Shown: positions 44,359 to 59,698 of the stretch, one piece after another
Layout: the number at the start of each line of letters is the position of its first letter
How positions within the stretch are numbered: position 1 is the stretch's first letter
Notes under the pieces: generated by a model
Seen by the model: only the letters and a program-made list of their open reading frames with translations
The model's database searches: none
What the model was told of the DNA's origin: nothing
From: Chrysomallon squamiferum
Taxonomy: Eukaryota; Animalia; Mollusca
Assembly (NCBI GenBank): GCA_012295275.1
Contig: CM022672.1
Span: 6,882,001 to 6,946,000, forward strand
Direction of reading: 5' to 3'
Length of the DNA stretch: 64,000 bases
Made by a program: the position numbers and the translations under genes

Positions 44359-45539
44359 TTTTAAAAGATCACACTGGCTTGTATTCTTTTCCACTTCAAT
44401 AGTTGTTTAAAAGTTTTCATTCTAATGTTATATGTTCAGTCTGGATTTTGCCGTCATTCCCTTTAGTGATACCATTAAACTATCTTATCTCTAGACTCTG
44501 TGATATGGTTTCTATAATGCGTTCGTTATGGAAAATAACCTTTAGTCTAAATGCAGCTTTTTGCGAATTATTGATTTGCTTATGTCACTTTTAAAATCAA
44601 AATTCGCTATTATGTTAAAGGTGGAGAATAAAAACGTTGTCTAAACGCCATTAAGCAGTATTTCTGATTTTGAGGAATTTAAAAGCCCTGCCCTCAGACA
44701 TTTTGCTTCATTCCTTCTTGAATGTAACAGAAAGAATGTTTGGGGAAAAATCTATATATTACCAAAGAACCATTACATTGTCTATCAGAGTTTCGAGAAC
44801 AAGACGGTGGTTTTCCATTTTGGTTGCCAACAGGATTAAATTCCCAGCACGTCCATAAAATTGGGTAATTCGAACTAAGCGAAATAAATCTAACGCTCAT
44901 GTCGTTTGCTTTCACTTTGTTAAACAACCTATTCCGTGCCGTAAGTTTTATTTATTTGGATCGATTGGTTTGTGCAAATTGCGTTGCTGAAAGTGCATTA
45001 ATCACCATGAAATAAAAAGAGACAGTGCTGCTATGTACTTATAACGTTTATAGGTAATAAATGGTGCAAAAGAACCACCACAGCAATGTCCCTGCACTAT
45101 AAATCTGCAGCAAATTCTGAAGTTACAACTATCTTCTTGATAGCTCTGGCAAGTTTCTCGAATTAATGGTTACAAGTGATGCACTAACGTAATGAATGTC
45201 TGTAACGTAAACTGGACGAGCGAAACGTATTAGTAATAAACAAGTTAGCTTTTTCTTTTCGTCATTCTTGTTCTGTTGACATCGTAATGTGAAACAATTT
45301 ACAGCATTACCTCTTGGAATATCATCTTCAAATAAAACAGACAAACAGCAGGAGGACGATACGATATAAAAAACAGAATGTGTTGTTTTGTTGTTGTTTT
45401 TTGATACAGGAGAGTCTTCATTACCCGACTCTCTTTTATCCCACATTCATCATGTTACATGATCCAATTTAAGGCCAAGTTCCGTGAGTATTTGTTTTGT
45501 CTGTTTCAGCAAAGCAAATTTTTCCTATACATCAGCAAG

Positions 45540-45839
45540 GATACGGAAAGAATGGCACTGGAAAAAATGGCATGTGCAAGAAATGGCACTGTGCAAATGT
45601 GGGGAAAAAAATGTCACCTGGAAAACAAAATTGTTTTTGCTTATTGGCATTTAGTTGTAGGTGAAGTTTGTTTCATAATAAACACATAAAACCAGTGCAT
45701 GAATAATATTTGAAATAATGATTTAATGTCAGAAATAATATATATATATATAGGCAGCTAATATCATATTTAACAACTGATGACAGTTCATAATTAAACG
45801 GTCAGTCAAAACAAATGTAAACCAAAAACAACACCCCAA

Positions 45840-45901
<62 letters not shown>

Positions 45902-46090
45902 GTGTGTGTATATATATAGATAGATAGATAGATAGATATGTATGTATGTATCTTATGCTGTGGTTGAACTGACAGAATGATATCATTCTGGAGGATATTT
46001 TAACTAAGGTATGCGTATGAACGTGTCTGTATGTATGAACGACGTGCTCATGCATCTGTGTACGCGTGCAAGTATAGATATATGTATGTA

Positions 46091-46139
<49 letters not shown>

Positions 46140-46401
46140 TTTAGTGTTTGATCATGATAACATAATCAGTTAAGCCACGCTTACAAAAACAATTCATAAT
46201 TGCTGGTCACAACATCAGCCGGAAACCTCATGGTAACCAAAACCAAATAATTGAGTGATGCTATGTATAATGTATATTTAAATATGATAATAATGCTATA
46301 ATTGTAATACTCTACATTTTTTAAGCAACTGTACAGTAAATATTAAATAAGGTATAATTTTCTTCCAGGTGCCTTTTTTCCAGTGCCAGTTTTTGCGATT
46401 C
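45540..46401. mobile_element. MITE-like non-autonomous element with imperfect, internally repetitive terminal inverted repeats
   Basis: Left end gatacggaaagaatggcactggaaaaaatggca; reverse complement of right end gaatcgcaaaaactggcactggaaaaaaggcacctggaa. AAG flanks both sides (45537-45539 and 46402-46404). The interior is non-coding with microsatellites. Confidence 0.55.
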
Positions 46402-46475
46402 AAGATCACGATTTATTAACTTCCTTTTGTATATTTGTGTTATATATATATGCACACACACAGACACACACACAC

Positions 46476-46507
<32 letters not shown>

Positions 46508-47268
46508 ATATGTATGTATGTATGTATGTATATAGGTCCTCTGTGACAGTATGCAGATAGGCATATGTAAGTGTGTGTGCTTGTAAAAATGTTTATGCGT
46601 ATGCGTGCAGATAAGCAATAAAATGGAATATTATATTTAGCTAACTGTATATCGTAATTTAAAAATACAAACACATTTCATTCACTTTCCAGTCATATTA
46701 CTGATGACGACACATACAGTCAGATTAAGAATGTATACTGATAACAGATATATGTACAGTATGTTTTTCGTGTAAAGGTAAATCTTTTTAGCAGATCAAC
46801 TCATATGCATAAGCCATTTATCATAACTTCTGCTCTGTTGATAAAAAGAAACAAATCACCTCTTCGTTTATGTTCCAGTTTCTTTCATCGACATGTTATG
46901 TTTTTGGATCCCCATCTGTTGTAGCTCGGCGCTGTTCAATACATCCTGCCGAACTGACACTTAATACGTGTAGCACAACACTCTCCACCTCACTCACCGG
47001 AATAGTGAAAACAGAATTGATGTAATTGGTGAAATAATTTCGTTTTATCATTCTCAGATAACTACCACAATAATAGTTTTTTTGTAAATATTGTAACTGT
47101 CTTATAATTTATTACATTAAATATTAATGTATTATGTACCACTACCATGAAACATGTTTGAATGATTTAGTAAAATAATATTTCTGGATCTGCGGTGGGA
47201 GATATTCATTTTTTTCGTTTTATAGTTATTTGGATTTCATCTGCATTAGTATATATATATATTTGTTT

Positions 47269-47278
<10 letters not shown>

Positions 47279-47352
<74 letters not shown>

Positions 47353-47389
47353 ACACACACACACACTCACACACCCACACACACACACA
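47279..47389. repeat. (GA)n-(CA)n compound microsatellite
   Basis: Seen directly. Confidence 0.95.
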
Positions 47390-47529
47390 AAGTTTCGTCT
47401 TTAAACTTAATTAATGGGAGAGAACTCTTGCAGATCAAATTTAAATTCGGTCCAACAAAGGTTAGTTTTGCTATCACAATTTGCTCTTACAGTTTGCTAT
47501 TTCTGCTACTGTAACAACTGTTTTCACCT

Positions 47530-47562
<33 letters not shown>

Positions 47563-48023
47563 ACCAATGAAGCGGGTTGATCTTTAAAATTATGTTCACT
47601 TAATATATAGTCGCTTTAAAGAACTGACTTTATTTGTTAGTCTAATACGCTGATATAAACAAACACTCTATAAAGACCCCACTAACTGTAAGAAGTAAGA
47701 AACATATGACGTCTATCCACAGGCAGCTAAAATTTTCTTCATAATCTTAATCTCATAACACCCTGCACAATGAAGAAAAATTCAGACATCATTTATACTG
47801 CTGTGATATTGCATTCGACATCTGTTTGTAACGATGAACTTTACTACGGCCATAGTAATTAAAGTGAAGAGTGACTAAAATCTGTTACACGGAGCTATTA
47901 ACTATACTGAAATAATCAGAAATCACAAATCATTTGCGCTGACAGGTAAAATTATTTTCTTTTTCTTTTCTTAATGTTTAAATTTCTAAATGTATTTATT
48001 ACGATGCTTTATTGTTATAATAT

Positions 48024-48078
<55 letters not shown>

Positions 48079-48184
48079 CATCGTTATCGTCATCGCCATC
48101 ATCATCATCATCATAATAATAATAATAATCATTATTATATACTCATATACTGTAATTATTATTTGAAACGTTTGTTTAGGTGAT

Positions 48185-51530
<3,346 letters not shown>

Positions 51531-51669
51531 ATTTAACAATAAATAAATAATAAATAAATGATAAATTGTTGTTTTGTAATTTTTGCTTTTGTTTTAAACT
51601 ACATAATATTGCGATTAAAGAATTATATAGTTTATGTATTTGTTCCTTTGCTTCATTCATAATTATTAT

Positions 51670-51741
<72 letters not shown>

Positions 51742-51886
51742 TTTGTGTATCTCTGTTTGTCTATCTATATATTTATCTGTTGACATTAAATGAATTTAGA
51801 AAACAGTATTTATATCAGTAATGATGATGATAAATTGTTTATTATTTATTATATTTATAAATATGTATGTAAATTGTGTAAACTAT

Positions 51887-51892
51887 AATAAA
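51887..51892 (+). terminator. Candidate polyadenylation signal of the STELLO-like gene
   Basis: AATAAA followed ~25 nt later by a GT/T-rich tract. Other AATAAA copies occur right after the stop codon (~51541). Confidence 0.4.
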
Positions 51893-52096
51893 ATATCAGA
51901 CTGAATCTTTGGGCTTGTTTACTTGTTTTTTTTTTAAATTATTTATTATTTTAATGTTCCATCATTATCATCATCATTATTATTATTATTATTATTATTA
52001 TTTTAATTAGTAGTAGTAGTAATAGTAGTAGGAGTAGTAGTCGCGGTATGAATTATCGTGTTTTTTTAAAATTCAAAAACAGATATTATGCCTAGC

Positions 52097-52199
<103 letters not shown>

Positions 52200-52763
52200 G
52201 ATATATCAGTGTCGGGTATGACTGTTAATTCTTACATCTGACAACATATAATTATTATACTCATCGCTGAAGTTTTGACAAAATAATGTTTTGCACTAAG
52301 ACAAGGAGTAGCAAAATGGGCTGCGCTAGTAGGAGATGCCTAGGTCGCGGTCTGAAGAAGAAGAAGAACGAAAAAAAAGAAAATAATCCATGTTAGCATT
52401 TTTAATTAATACTTCACTGTCCTTGAATATAATATTTTAATATCGTGGCCAGCATGTGAACTTGTAACAATTATCTAAAAGTAAAATAGTAACACCGGAA
52501 ATAATTTATTACCGCACTTACACCAATGATTTATGAAAATAATGCACGGATGCATGTTAATAGTAATAATAAACGGCGACAGGCAAACTCGGAGCTTTGA
52601 TTACAAATTATCAATTTAGATTTACTCTCTAATCTACTATAGATCTGATTGCTATTTTTATTTGAATTAAATTCTGGACAGTATTAATATTTTTATTACT
52701 GTTATTTATTTCAATCTGGCCAAATTACGAAACAAATGAACAGGTGCTGTTCTGCCTGGTTCC

Positions 52764-52772
52764 TTTAAATAG
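52764..52772 (+). promoter_or_regulatory. TATA-like element of the peroxidase gene
   Basis: TTTAAATAG about 45 nt upstream of the ATG at 52813. Confidence 0.4.
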
Positions 52773-52812
52773 AGAATGAAAAGTTTGAGAAACACACTCG
52801 TTCTGCTTGAAG

Positions 52813-53393
52813 ATGAGTAACGCCATTTTGTTCGGGATTTGTCTTGTGTGTGCTGTCATACACAGTGCAGGTATATTCATTTAGTATTACGTAGAAAATG
52901 TTAGTTGCAAACAGAGACTGTAATTTTAACCAACTGAACATATCTTAAAGTTAATTATTATTAGTTATAAGTTTGTTGTTGTTTTTTGTTTGTTATTGTT
53001 GTCGGAATTACATAAAACTTGAAAGATTAGTTTTTCTTTATGCCTTACATCAGTACTATCAGTATCACGGAATATTTTGTTTATAATTTTGTTTAATGTT
53101 AATTTAAATATAATTTTATGACAGGTAGTGTTTCGTCTACAACAAAGGCCGGAGAATCTACAGGAGAAATTCCTCATCAGGGGAGTAATCCTCACCATGG
53201 CTCGAATGGAGGAAAGAAAAAGTAAGTTAAAGTTATTTTTTTGTCTGGCTGATCTGTTGGCATGGGTTAAAAATCAGAAATATTCATATTTTGAAATTAA
53301 TGTCCGACTGCCCTGCTTTCTGAACATGCAAAAAAATTAATTCTGAAAATGTTATTTCGTATAATACGTAAAACTGCCTTCTGCATTGCTGTC

Positions 53394-53456
<63 letters not shown>

Positions 53457-55369
53457 ACACACATTTTGTTTTGTATATGAAAACTATTATATAATTATTA
53501 CATGCATATAAACACTAAATAATCATTCTTATTATGCAAAATGCAAAGTATATATGAACAACACCGAATAACTGTTATTTAATTCAAACTTTTGAATAAT
53601 TACAATAGTTACTGTGCATATGAATTTACTTAAAATACTTACTTAAACATATAAATTTGACTGAATTTTTTATTCGTTATGTCATTTTGCTACTGAAAAT
53701 GTGAATAACCACAATTCATTCGATTAAAACCTATGATAATATCAAGTAATAACAACGACAACAACAACAACATAATAAATAATAATAATAATAATAATAA
53801 TAATAATTTAGAAACGAAATGAAAGAAGAACGAGTGTTAATTTGAATAATAAATAATAAATCAGGCATTTTAACGGGAGTACGATTCCTTTTTCTTCTAA
53901 CTATTCAGACGAGAAACGTGTACGGCTTCAGCATACCGAACTGCAGATGGAACGTGCAACAACGAGGCCAACACACTCTGGGGTTCAACTGATCAACCAT
54001 TCGAGCGATCACTGAATGCTAATTATGACGATGGTAACAGTTATTTAATATATTATTAATAACTGAATCATATTGCTTTACAATAGCCGCATGAATCTAT
54101 CTGCTTATTTGCACTGTTATCTAGTTTTTGAATTTCGGTCTAGTTTTACTTTTCTCTTTTTTTATTCCGTCTTTTTAATGTTCACTTCAGGTGAAAAATT
54201 ACCAAGAGCGAAAACTTCAGAGAACGTTGATCTTCCCAACCCTCGACTGATTAGTACCAAAGTTCATTTTCATCTCAACTTCACCGCCTTTGGATCGACT
54301 GCCATGATGATGGAGTGGGGGCAGTTTCTGGCACACGACATTGTATATACGCCGGTAATGGATCACAGTGAGTTCATCTAGTCTTTTTATTTTTAATATG
54401 TGCTCTTACTATTATTGTATTCCATTTATTTAACTAATAGTCTATATTCAAGATGTTAACAATTATATGCTATTTCAAATATACTACAGTCAGCTATATC
54501 TTCATGAAATAAATATATAATGCTATTATAATTATTGCCTATATTAAGAAAATGAAAACAGAGTTCTTTTATAATTAAAGCAATACCTAATAAAAATGGT
54601 TTGAAGGTTATTACTTTTTATGGTAAACTGGTCCTTCTTTCTTTTTTCTTCTTTTTCTTTATTTCTTTGAGATAAGTTACTGAAATAGATTTTACAATAT
54701 ATATATATAATATATATAAATACACAGCACGTACATATATATTTTTTTTTAACTTTTAGTTAAAGATTGTTGTGATGGTAGCAATGACGAAGATTACCTA
54801 ACTGGGTAAGTTTCTCGCACAATATATTTTATTGTCTATAACCTGAGAGAGTAAACTATTGTTATAAATAACAGCACAAAGTAAACTACTGTAATAAATA
54901 TCATTACTGACCACAATCTAATATATATATATATAAAACAGGACTGAATATAACATGGCTGTACCATTTACTGTTATTAACTGTTGTTAATACTTTTATC
55001 AGGGGTGAATGTTTTCCTATTATGATTCCTGACAACGACATCTACTTCACCAGAACCTGTATGAACTTTACCAGATCTCAACCTGCCCACACCGGTACAG
55101 TCGATAACAGTAAGTACAATTCAAAAGTAAAACTATCGCTTAATAGCATACTAAAAATAATAGTAATAAGTGAAAGAACACGACATATGAAAACAGTAAC
55201 GTCTGATATATGTATTTGTGTTTTGTAATACATGTTTATATTTAAGGTCCACGAAATCAGTACAATGCCATAACAGCTTTCATCGACGCCTCAAACGTCT
55301 ACGGGAGTAGCATAGACCAAACAGCAACATTAAGAGATACTTCTGGAGGTATTAATATGACACACACAA

Positions 55370-55404
<35 letters not shown>

Positions 55405-56662
55405 TACACACACGCATTTAAAAATAAATAATCAATTTTAATGAGGGTTTTTGTTCAAATTATTTGTAAAATTGTTTTACAGGTTACTAGTGTTTTCGCC
55501 ATGAAATTAAGTTAATATTTATTTTCTTTAATAATGTGTTTTATAACTGCTTTAAGTATAGCAGAATTGCTTTATACTGAGTTTGTTTATTTATATAACG
55601 ATACGTACATATTTCTTTTATTTATTAAACTACGACCCCCAAACTTCGGTTCATTCACGCATTCATCGATATAATTTGTTTTGTATGTGTTTATTTAACA
55701 GGTTTATTGAAAGTGGAGACTAATGATCTGTTACCAAATCTTGATGAAAATGACTGCGAGCTCGATCCTACTGACAGTGCAGATTATTGTTTCACTGCAG
55801 GTAAAACTCTTTTATCAACGTAGTTTTTTAAACGGCTTTCAGGGAGAAGCCACATTTCACAAACTTGAGAAGTATCACTTTTATGACTTCCATGATTAGT
55901 AAAACGAAATATAACAAAACAAAGCAAAATGAATGAATGAATAAAAATCCACACACCTGCTGAGACAATTAAAGAAAGGAAACAGCTCAGCGTGCTCTCG
56001 TCCAACTGGAGTCGCAGATTTTGTCTCAACTTCCAATAATAACAAAAGTTATGTAACCGTGAAATTTCAAATTCTGACTGTATTACTAACACAGAATAAG
56101 GGTCAAATCTGGAAAGATAAAACAAGCGTTAAAAGAATATGACGATGAATCAGTATTTCATACTGTTACAATACGTTTCAGCAGTCGGTCTGCTCTATTA
56201 TTTTGTCATTGTTATTATATGCACTTCACTAATGAAATGGCTAATGTTTTTATCGATATAAAGAAGTGGATTTAATTAATAATGATTAATCTATGTTTTA
56301 ATCATCTGTTTGTTAGGTGATGAACGTGTAAATGTGTTTCCTGGATTGAATGCTCTGCACACTTTGTTCATGAGAGAACACAATCGAATTGCCAAAGAAC
56401 TCGCAGGATATAATAGTGCTTGGGATGACGAAAAACTCTTTCAAGAAGCCAGAAAAATAGTTGGGGCGGAAATGCAAGTTATAACTTACAGGTTAGTGAA
56501 TAGATTTCCTCCATAAATCCGAAAAAAATAAAAATGACACGGTCATATTGAGTTTTCTGAAGCTAGTAAACGAGAATAATAAATTAATGGTTTCATCTTT
56601 TGTGAAATAGATAACATAATATCCGCTAAGATTATTAACGAACCTTTTTGCCTGTTTCCTAA

Positions 56663-56701
<39 letters not shown>

Positions 56702-59035
56702 TTAAATGTTTTTTAAAACGATTTTATGTGAACTTTGGATAGCAATATCTACACTGTTTCTAATTTTTATCCGTATCTTGACAGACACTGGCTACCTCGT
56801 GTTATCGGCCAATCCGCAATGTCGGACTACAATCTGAACCAAGGAAACCATGTTTACGATTCTACTGTTAATCCCACTTTGGTCAATGTCTTTGCCACAG
56901 CTGCTTTCCGATTCGGTCATACCATGATTCCTGAAGTTCTGGGAATCGGGGATAAGGATTATGAGCTCGTTGACTTGTTCAACAGACCCAAGTTCGTGAG
57001 GGACAGCTTAGACGACGTGGTGAACGGTTTGCTTACAACGCTGATGCAAAGAGTGGACGCTTGGTATGTAGAAGGAATGACAAACCATCTGTTTGAAACG
57101 GGAAATTCTAATGGGCTCGATATTGCCGCCCTTAATATTCAGAGAGGACGAGATCACGGCATACCTACTCTCAATGAATGGCGAACGTATTGTGGCTTAG
57201 AAAATATCAGCAACTTCACAACAGGATTTTTTACAAACAGAGCAGGCAGAGATTTAGCGACTGTATACGCGTAAGTCGATATTTAATCACTGAATACATG
57301 TATATCGTCAGTGCTTCTCTAACAATTATTACATTCCTATCTCTAATATTTTTACAATGGCATGGACATTTTCTTTATTGCTTTTTTTGTAATGAAGAAG
57401 CTTTTTGTGTTTTAATGGGCGATACGATATAATAATTAATAAATATGTAGATTTACATTGGAAATATACAATTTGTAGTCTCAAGTCTGAACTTGTAAAT
57501 TGATTCTTAAGTGCTGAAGTTTTGTGTAATATTAATCAGAAGCCCCGATGATGTCGATCTTTACTCTGGAGGAGTCTCGGAGGTTTCTGTTAGTGATGGA
57601 AGCGTTGGACCAACATACGCCTGTCTCATTGCCGAGCAGTTCAAAAAGCTGAAAGAAGGAGATCGCTATTTTTACGAAACAACTGATACGACTACCGGAT
57701 TCACCGATGGTTTGTATTATTTAATCTGATTATTATTTCGCTTAATCAGCAGTGTAGTACATTTCTACAGAACTGATGAATGCGACGTTTTGTTAATTAT
57801 ATGTCAGTTGTCTTAAACAAATATACATATCTTTGTCTTCTTTTCGAAATCATGATCCCTTTATTACTTAATAAGCTGTTAAACCAAAAACAGTACAAAT
57901 TAGTTTTGATAACTACCAAGATAGATGTCTGGTTTTCGCTAGTTTTAAATTCAGAGCCTGAACTGCTTGAATTTAATGTAATATCACAAAATTGTGCCTG
58001 ATTAAACGTTTTTTTTTTTCTTATTTACAGTTCAGCTGAGACAGTTAAATAAAGTATCACTTTCTAAAGTTATTTGCGACAATACACAGATAACAAAAGT
58101 ACAGAGTCGCGCATTCGGTGCAGTCGGCGATAAGTGAGTGTTTTCACATTTAGATTAATTTTTGAACAATAGTATTTTGATTTGGAAATCACACGGTAGA
58201 GAGACAGCGGCACCAGTCCTCCTCGATGCATCCACTGAGCTATCTCCTCTCCCAGTCTTTCTTTCGCTACTGGTATTCTGGTAATCAAAGGGAAGATACC
58301 CGTTGATATTCATTTTAGCGGATGGATCCAAAATTTTTGGTTTCATGACTGAATAAGTTTTATTGTAGTCACTTGATTGCAATTTTGGATTTAGTAGACC
58401 CTTAGAAATTTATAGGTAGCAATGACGGTTCCTGTCTGCTACTGCTTGAGTAACGTGTGCCTTCAATGTCACTCGAACGGGGCACCATCGGACGTTTCTG
58501 TTAACGTTAGACAAACTATTTTGGGGGAGGGAAAAAATAATTTACTTTAGATGTGTAACCTGTCTTTGATTATGATGGATGAGAAGAACTAAGAGGGACA
58601 TACTGTCAAACCACTATAAATGATTAGTTAGAAATGCCATGTCGATCCTGCCGATCTTATATTTATTTATCCTTTCTTTCATTCTTTCTTTTCCAAAATG
58701 TTATTTAAATTCAAAATAAATAATTAAAATAAAAATAAATAAAAATAATAATCATTAAAAAAAAATAAAAAAAATAAAAATAAAACAGAAAAAAAAAAAA
58801 TATTAGTTTGATTGGTTGATTATAATTTTTGAATTTGAATTTATTTTATTATGTCTCTAGCCTATGATGTCATTTAGAATATGCATATGTTATATAAATT
58901 AAATTAAACTATATATAAGTAATGGTTTTTTTTTGTTTTTTAACATAAAATCTATTATTTGTTTCCAGCAACTTGGAGTTTGAATGCAGTGACACATCAG
59001 TCAGACAAATGGACTTGTCGAAATGGAAAGAGTGA
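52813..59035 (+). CDS. Secreted animal haem peroxidase (peroxidase-cyclooxygenase superfamily; peroxinectin/chorion-peroxidase-like), 13 exons, 603 aa
   Basis: Exons 52813-52870, 53125-53221, 53909-54033, 54191-54367, 54760-54805, 55003-55109, 55247-55348, 55702-55800, 56317-56491, 56785-57270, 57540-57709, 58031-58133 and 58969-59035. All introns are GT-AG with compatible phases; total 1812 nt. Signal peptide [19 protein letters not shown]. Motifs: [26 protein letters not shown] (distal Gln/His), [19 protein letters not shown] (Ca site), AGDERVN (catalytic Arg), [17 protein letters not shown] (proximal His), [31 protein letters not shown] and MDLSKWKE*. Confidence 0.93.
58210..58295 (+). mobile_element. 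Highly degenerate SINE fragment in peroxidase intron 12 (related to 32228-32385)
   Basis: ctcctcgatgcatccactgagctatctcctctcccagtc...actggt...tcaaagg parallels ctcctcagtgcacccactggtctgttttattttccagcc...actgat...taaagg at ~32240-32305. Confidence 0.4.
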
Positions 59036-59465
59036 AATATTTAAATTAGTTTTAAACAAGAGTCATAGGTTTGGTCTGTAATAGCTACTATGACTGACAA
59101 TATATAATTTAGAAAAATTAAATTAAACAAATAAATAAATAACGCAATAATGTAAATGTATATATGCATAACTAATGTCCAAATTAAATATACAAATCTT
59201 ATTTATAGAAAGCAATAACAATTTATAAAACCTAACTGAAAACAAACAAGGTCCTAAAAAAAAGTTTAAATAATTAATATGAACCATTTCCAATTTTTCC
59301 AACCCACGATTTTATTAAATATTTTTGAATAATGACATAACATTTCACATTAACGTTTGAAAACGAATCGTAAAGGTTATGTGGTTTATTTAATCTGAGT
59401 ACAATTTATTATTGTAAAATTCATCTTTGTGATCCATCTTAATTTGTGTAAAATTCGTGAATTTT

Positions 59466-59475
59466 AATAAATAAA
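59466..59475 (+). terminator. Candidate polyadenylation signal of the peroxidase gene
   Basis: Overlapping AATAAA hexamers followed ~20 nt later by GTTTTGTTTTGTTTTTG. Confidence 0.45.
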
Positions 59476-59667
59476 CATTTAATATGCACAATGTTTTGTT
59501 TTGTTTTTGACTTAGCTACTCTTACTTTTTTATTTTACTAATTCATGGCTATTGAGTAATGGTTGTATTTAAACAACAGCAAAAATAATTTTGTATTCAT
59601 TATTTTTATTTATTTACTTATATGTTTATTTATATGTTTATTTTATTTTATTTTATTTTATTTTATT

Positions 59668-59698
<31 letters not shown>

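Noticed and set aside
58225-58252. Minus-strand tRNA A-box-like GATAGCTCAGTGG
   Set aside because: No B box or cloverleaf follows. The segment is better explained as a plus-strand decayed SINE body related to 32228-32385.
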